The notes beneath the pieces are model-generated. The model saw only the letters and a list, made by a program, of their open reading frames with translations, was not told the origin of the DNA and made no database searches. A DNA stretch of 64,000 nt from Spirochaetaceae bacterium (lineage in GTDB: Bacteria > Spirochaetota > Spirochaetia > DSM-27196 > PWMO01). The stretch is from contig RECP01000052.1 of the NCBI GenBank assembly GCA_007693945.1, forward strand, positions 88,594 through 152,593, given 5' to 3'. A program made the position numbers and the translations under genes. How positions within the stretch are numbered: the first letter of the stretch is position 1; each line of letters begins with the position of its first letter. Positions 63,910-64,000 of this stretch are shown piece by piece.

Positions 63910-64000
63910 CTCTTTCTCCGGTTCGCCTTTGGTGGTTTGCTGGACATCGCAGCTACGGCAATAACGATACCGGGCCCCCGCTTGCCTGTCAACCTTTGGT

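Noticed and set aside
1-64000. Mobile elements, prophage genes, CRISPR repeats, toxin-antitoxin pairs and compositional islands.
   Set aside because: Scanning both strands turned up no transposase or integrase motifs, no regularly spaced direct repeats, and no block of atypical composition larger than short intergenic regions. The window reads as core chromosome.

Overview
This is about 64 kb of high-GC chromosome, roughly 60-65% GC by eye, with dense coding on both strands. I read it as a free-living spirochaete because it carries both periplasmic-flagellum sheath genes (two tandem flaA) and core flagellin genes (two tandem flaB). I support about 63 protein genes. I found no rRNA, tRNA, CRISPR array, transposase, integrase or prophage signature. 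All assignments come from motifs and synteny recognised by eye. No BLAST, HMM or RNA-folding run was possible, and many start codons are judgement calls.

Content in order:
- A TamB/AsmA-like giant protein that runs off the left edge and is missing from the ORF track.
- dCMP deaminase, then a DUF1537 acid-sugar kinase with PdxA2.
- A GAF/HD-GYP phosphodiesterase, an acyl-CoA ligase and tatD.
- flaA-flaA and metX-metW.
- infC-rpmI-rplT, followed by a coiled-coil gene and zapA.
- A PlzA-like PilZ gene with a TPR gene.
- flaB-flaB-flaG-fliD, then three unknown genes including a second, membrane-anchored PilZ, then tsaE-tsaB.
- The convergent flgN-flgK-flgL-fliW-csrA operon.
- A GH3 hydrolase, a GNAT and glgA; an MrfA/MrfB-like helicase-exonuclease pair; glgC.
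- A lipoprotein-nnr-membrane-protein-NUDIX operon (minus strand; map order is the reverse), then secA.
- A LysM/M23 peptidase; lepB, a PBP and a Maf (DUF115) gene.
- A split B12 acyl-CoA mutase with meaB and an epimerase; korDABG; an M20 peptidase; a GNAT.

Most worth a second look:
1. The uncharacterised trio sitting where fliS/fliT normally lie.
2. Near-consensus sigma28 promoters, together with hairpin-displayed ACGGAG/ACGGAA/AGGGA loops in both flaB leaders. These fit a FliW-CsrA-flagellin partner switch. The flaB-1 leader is about 260 nt long and otherwise unexplained.
3. A recurring leaderless-mRNA promoter geometry at secA, glgC, metX, the PilZ gene and the HD-GYP gene.
4. A Maf-like gene translationally coupled to a PBP.
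5. An unlisted 39-codon membrane ORF.

Nothing here looks like a horizontally acquired island.
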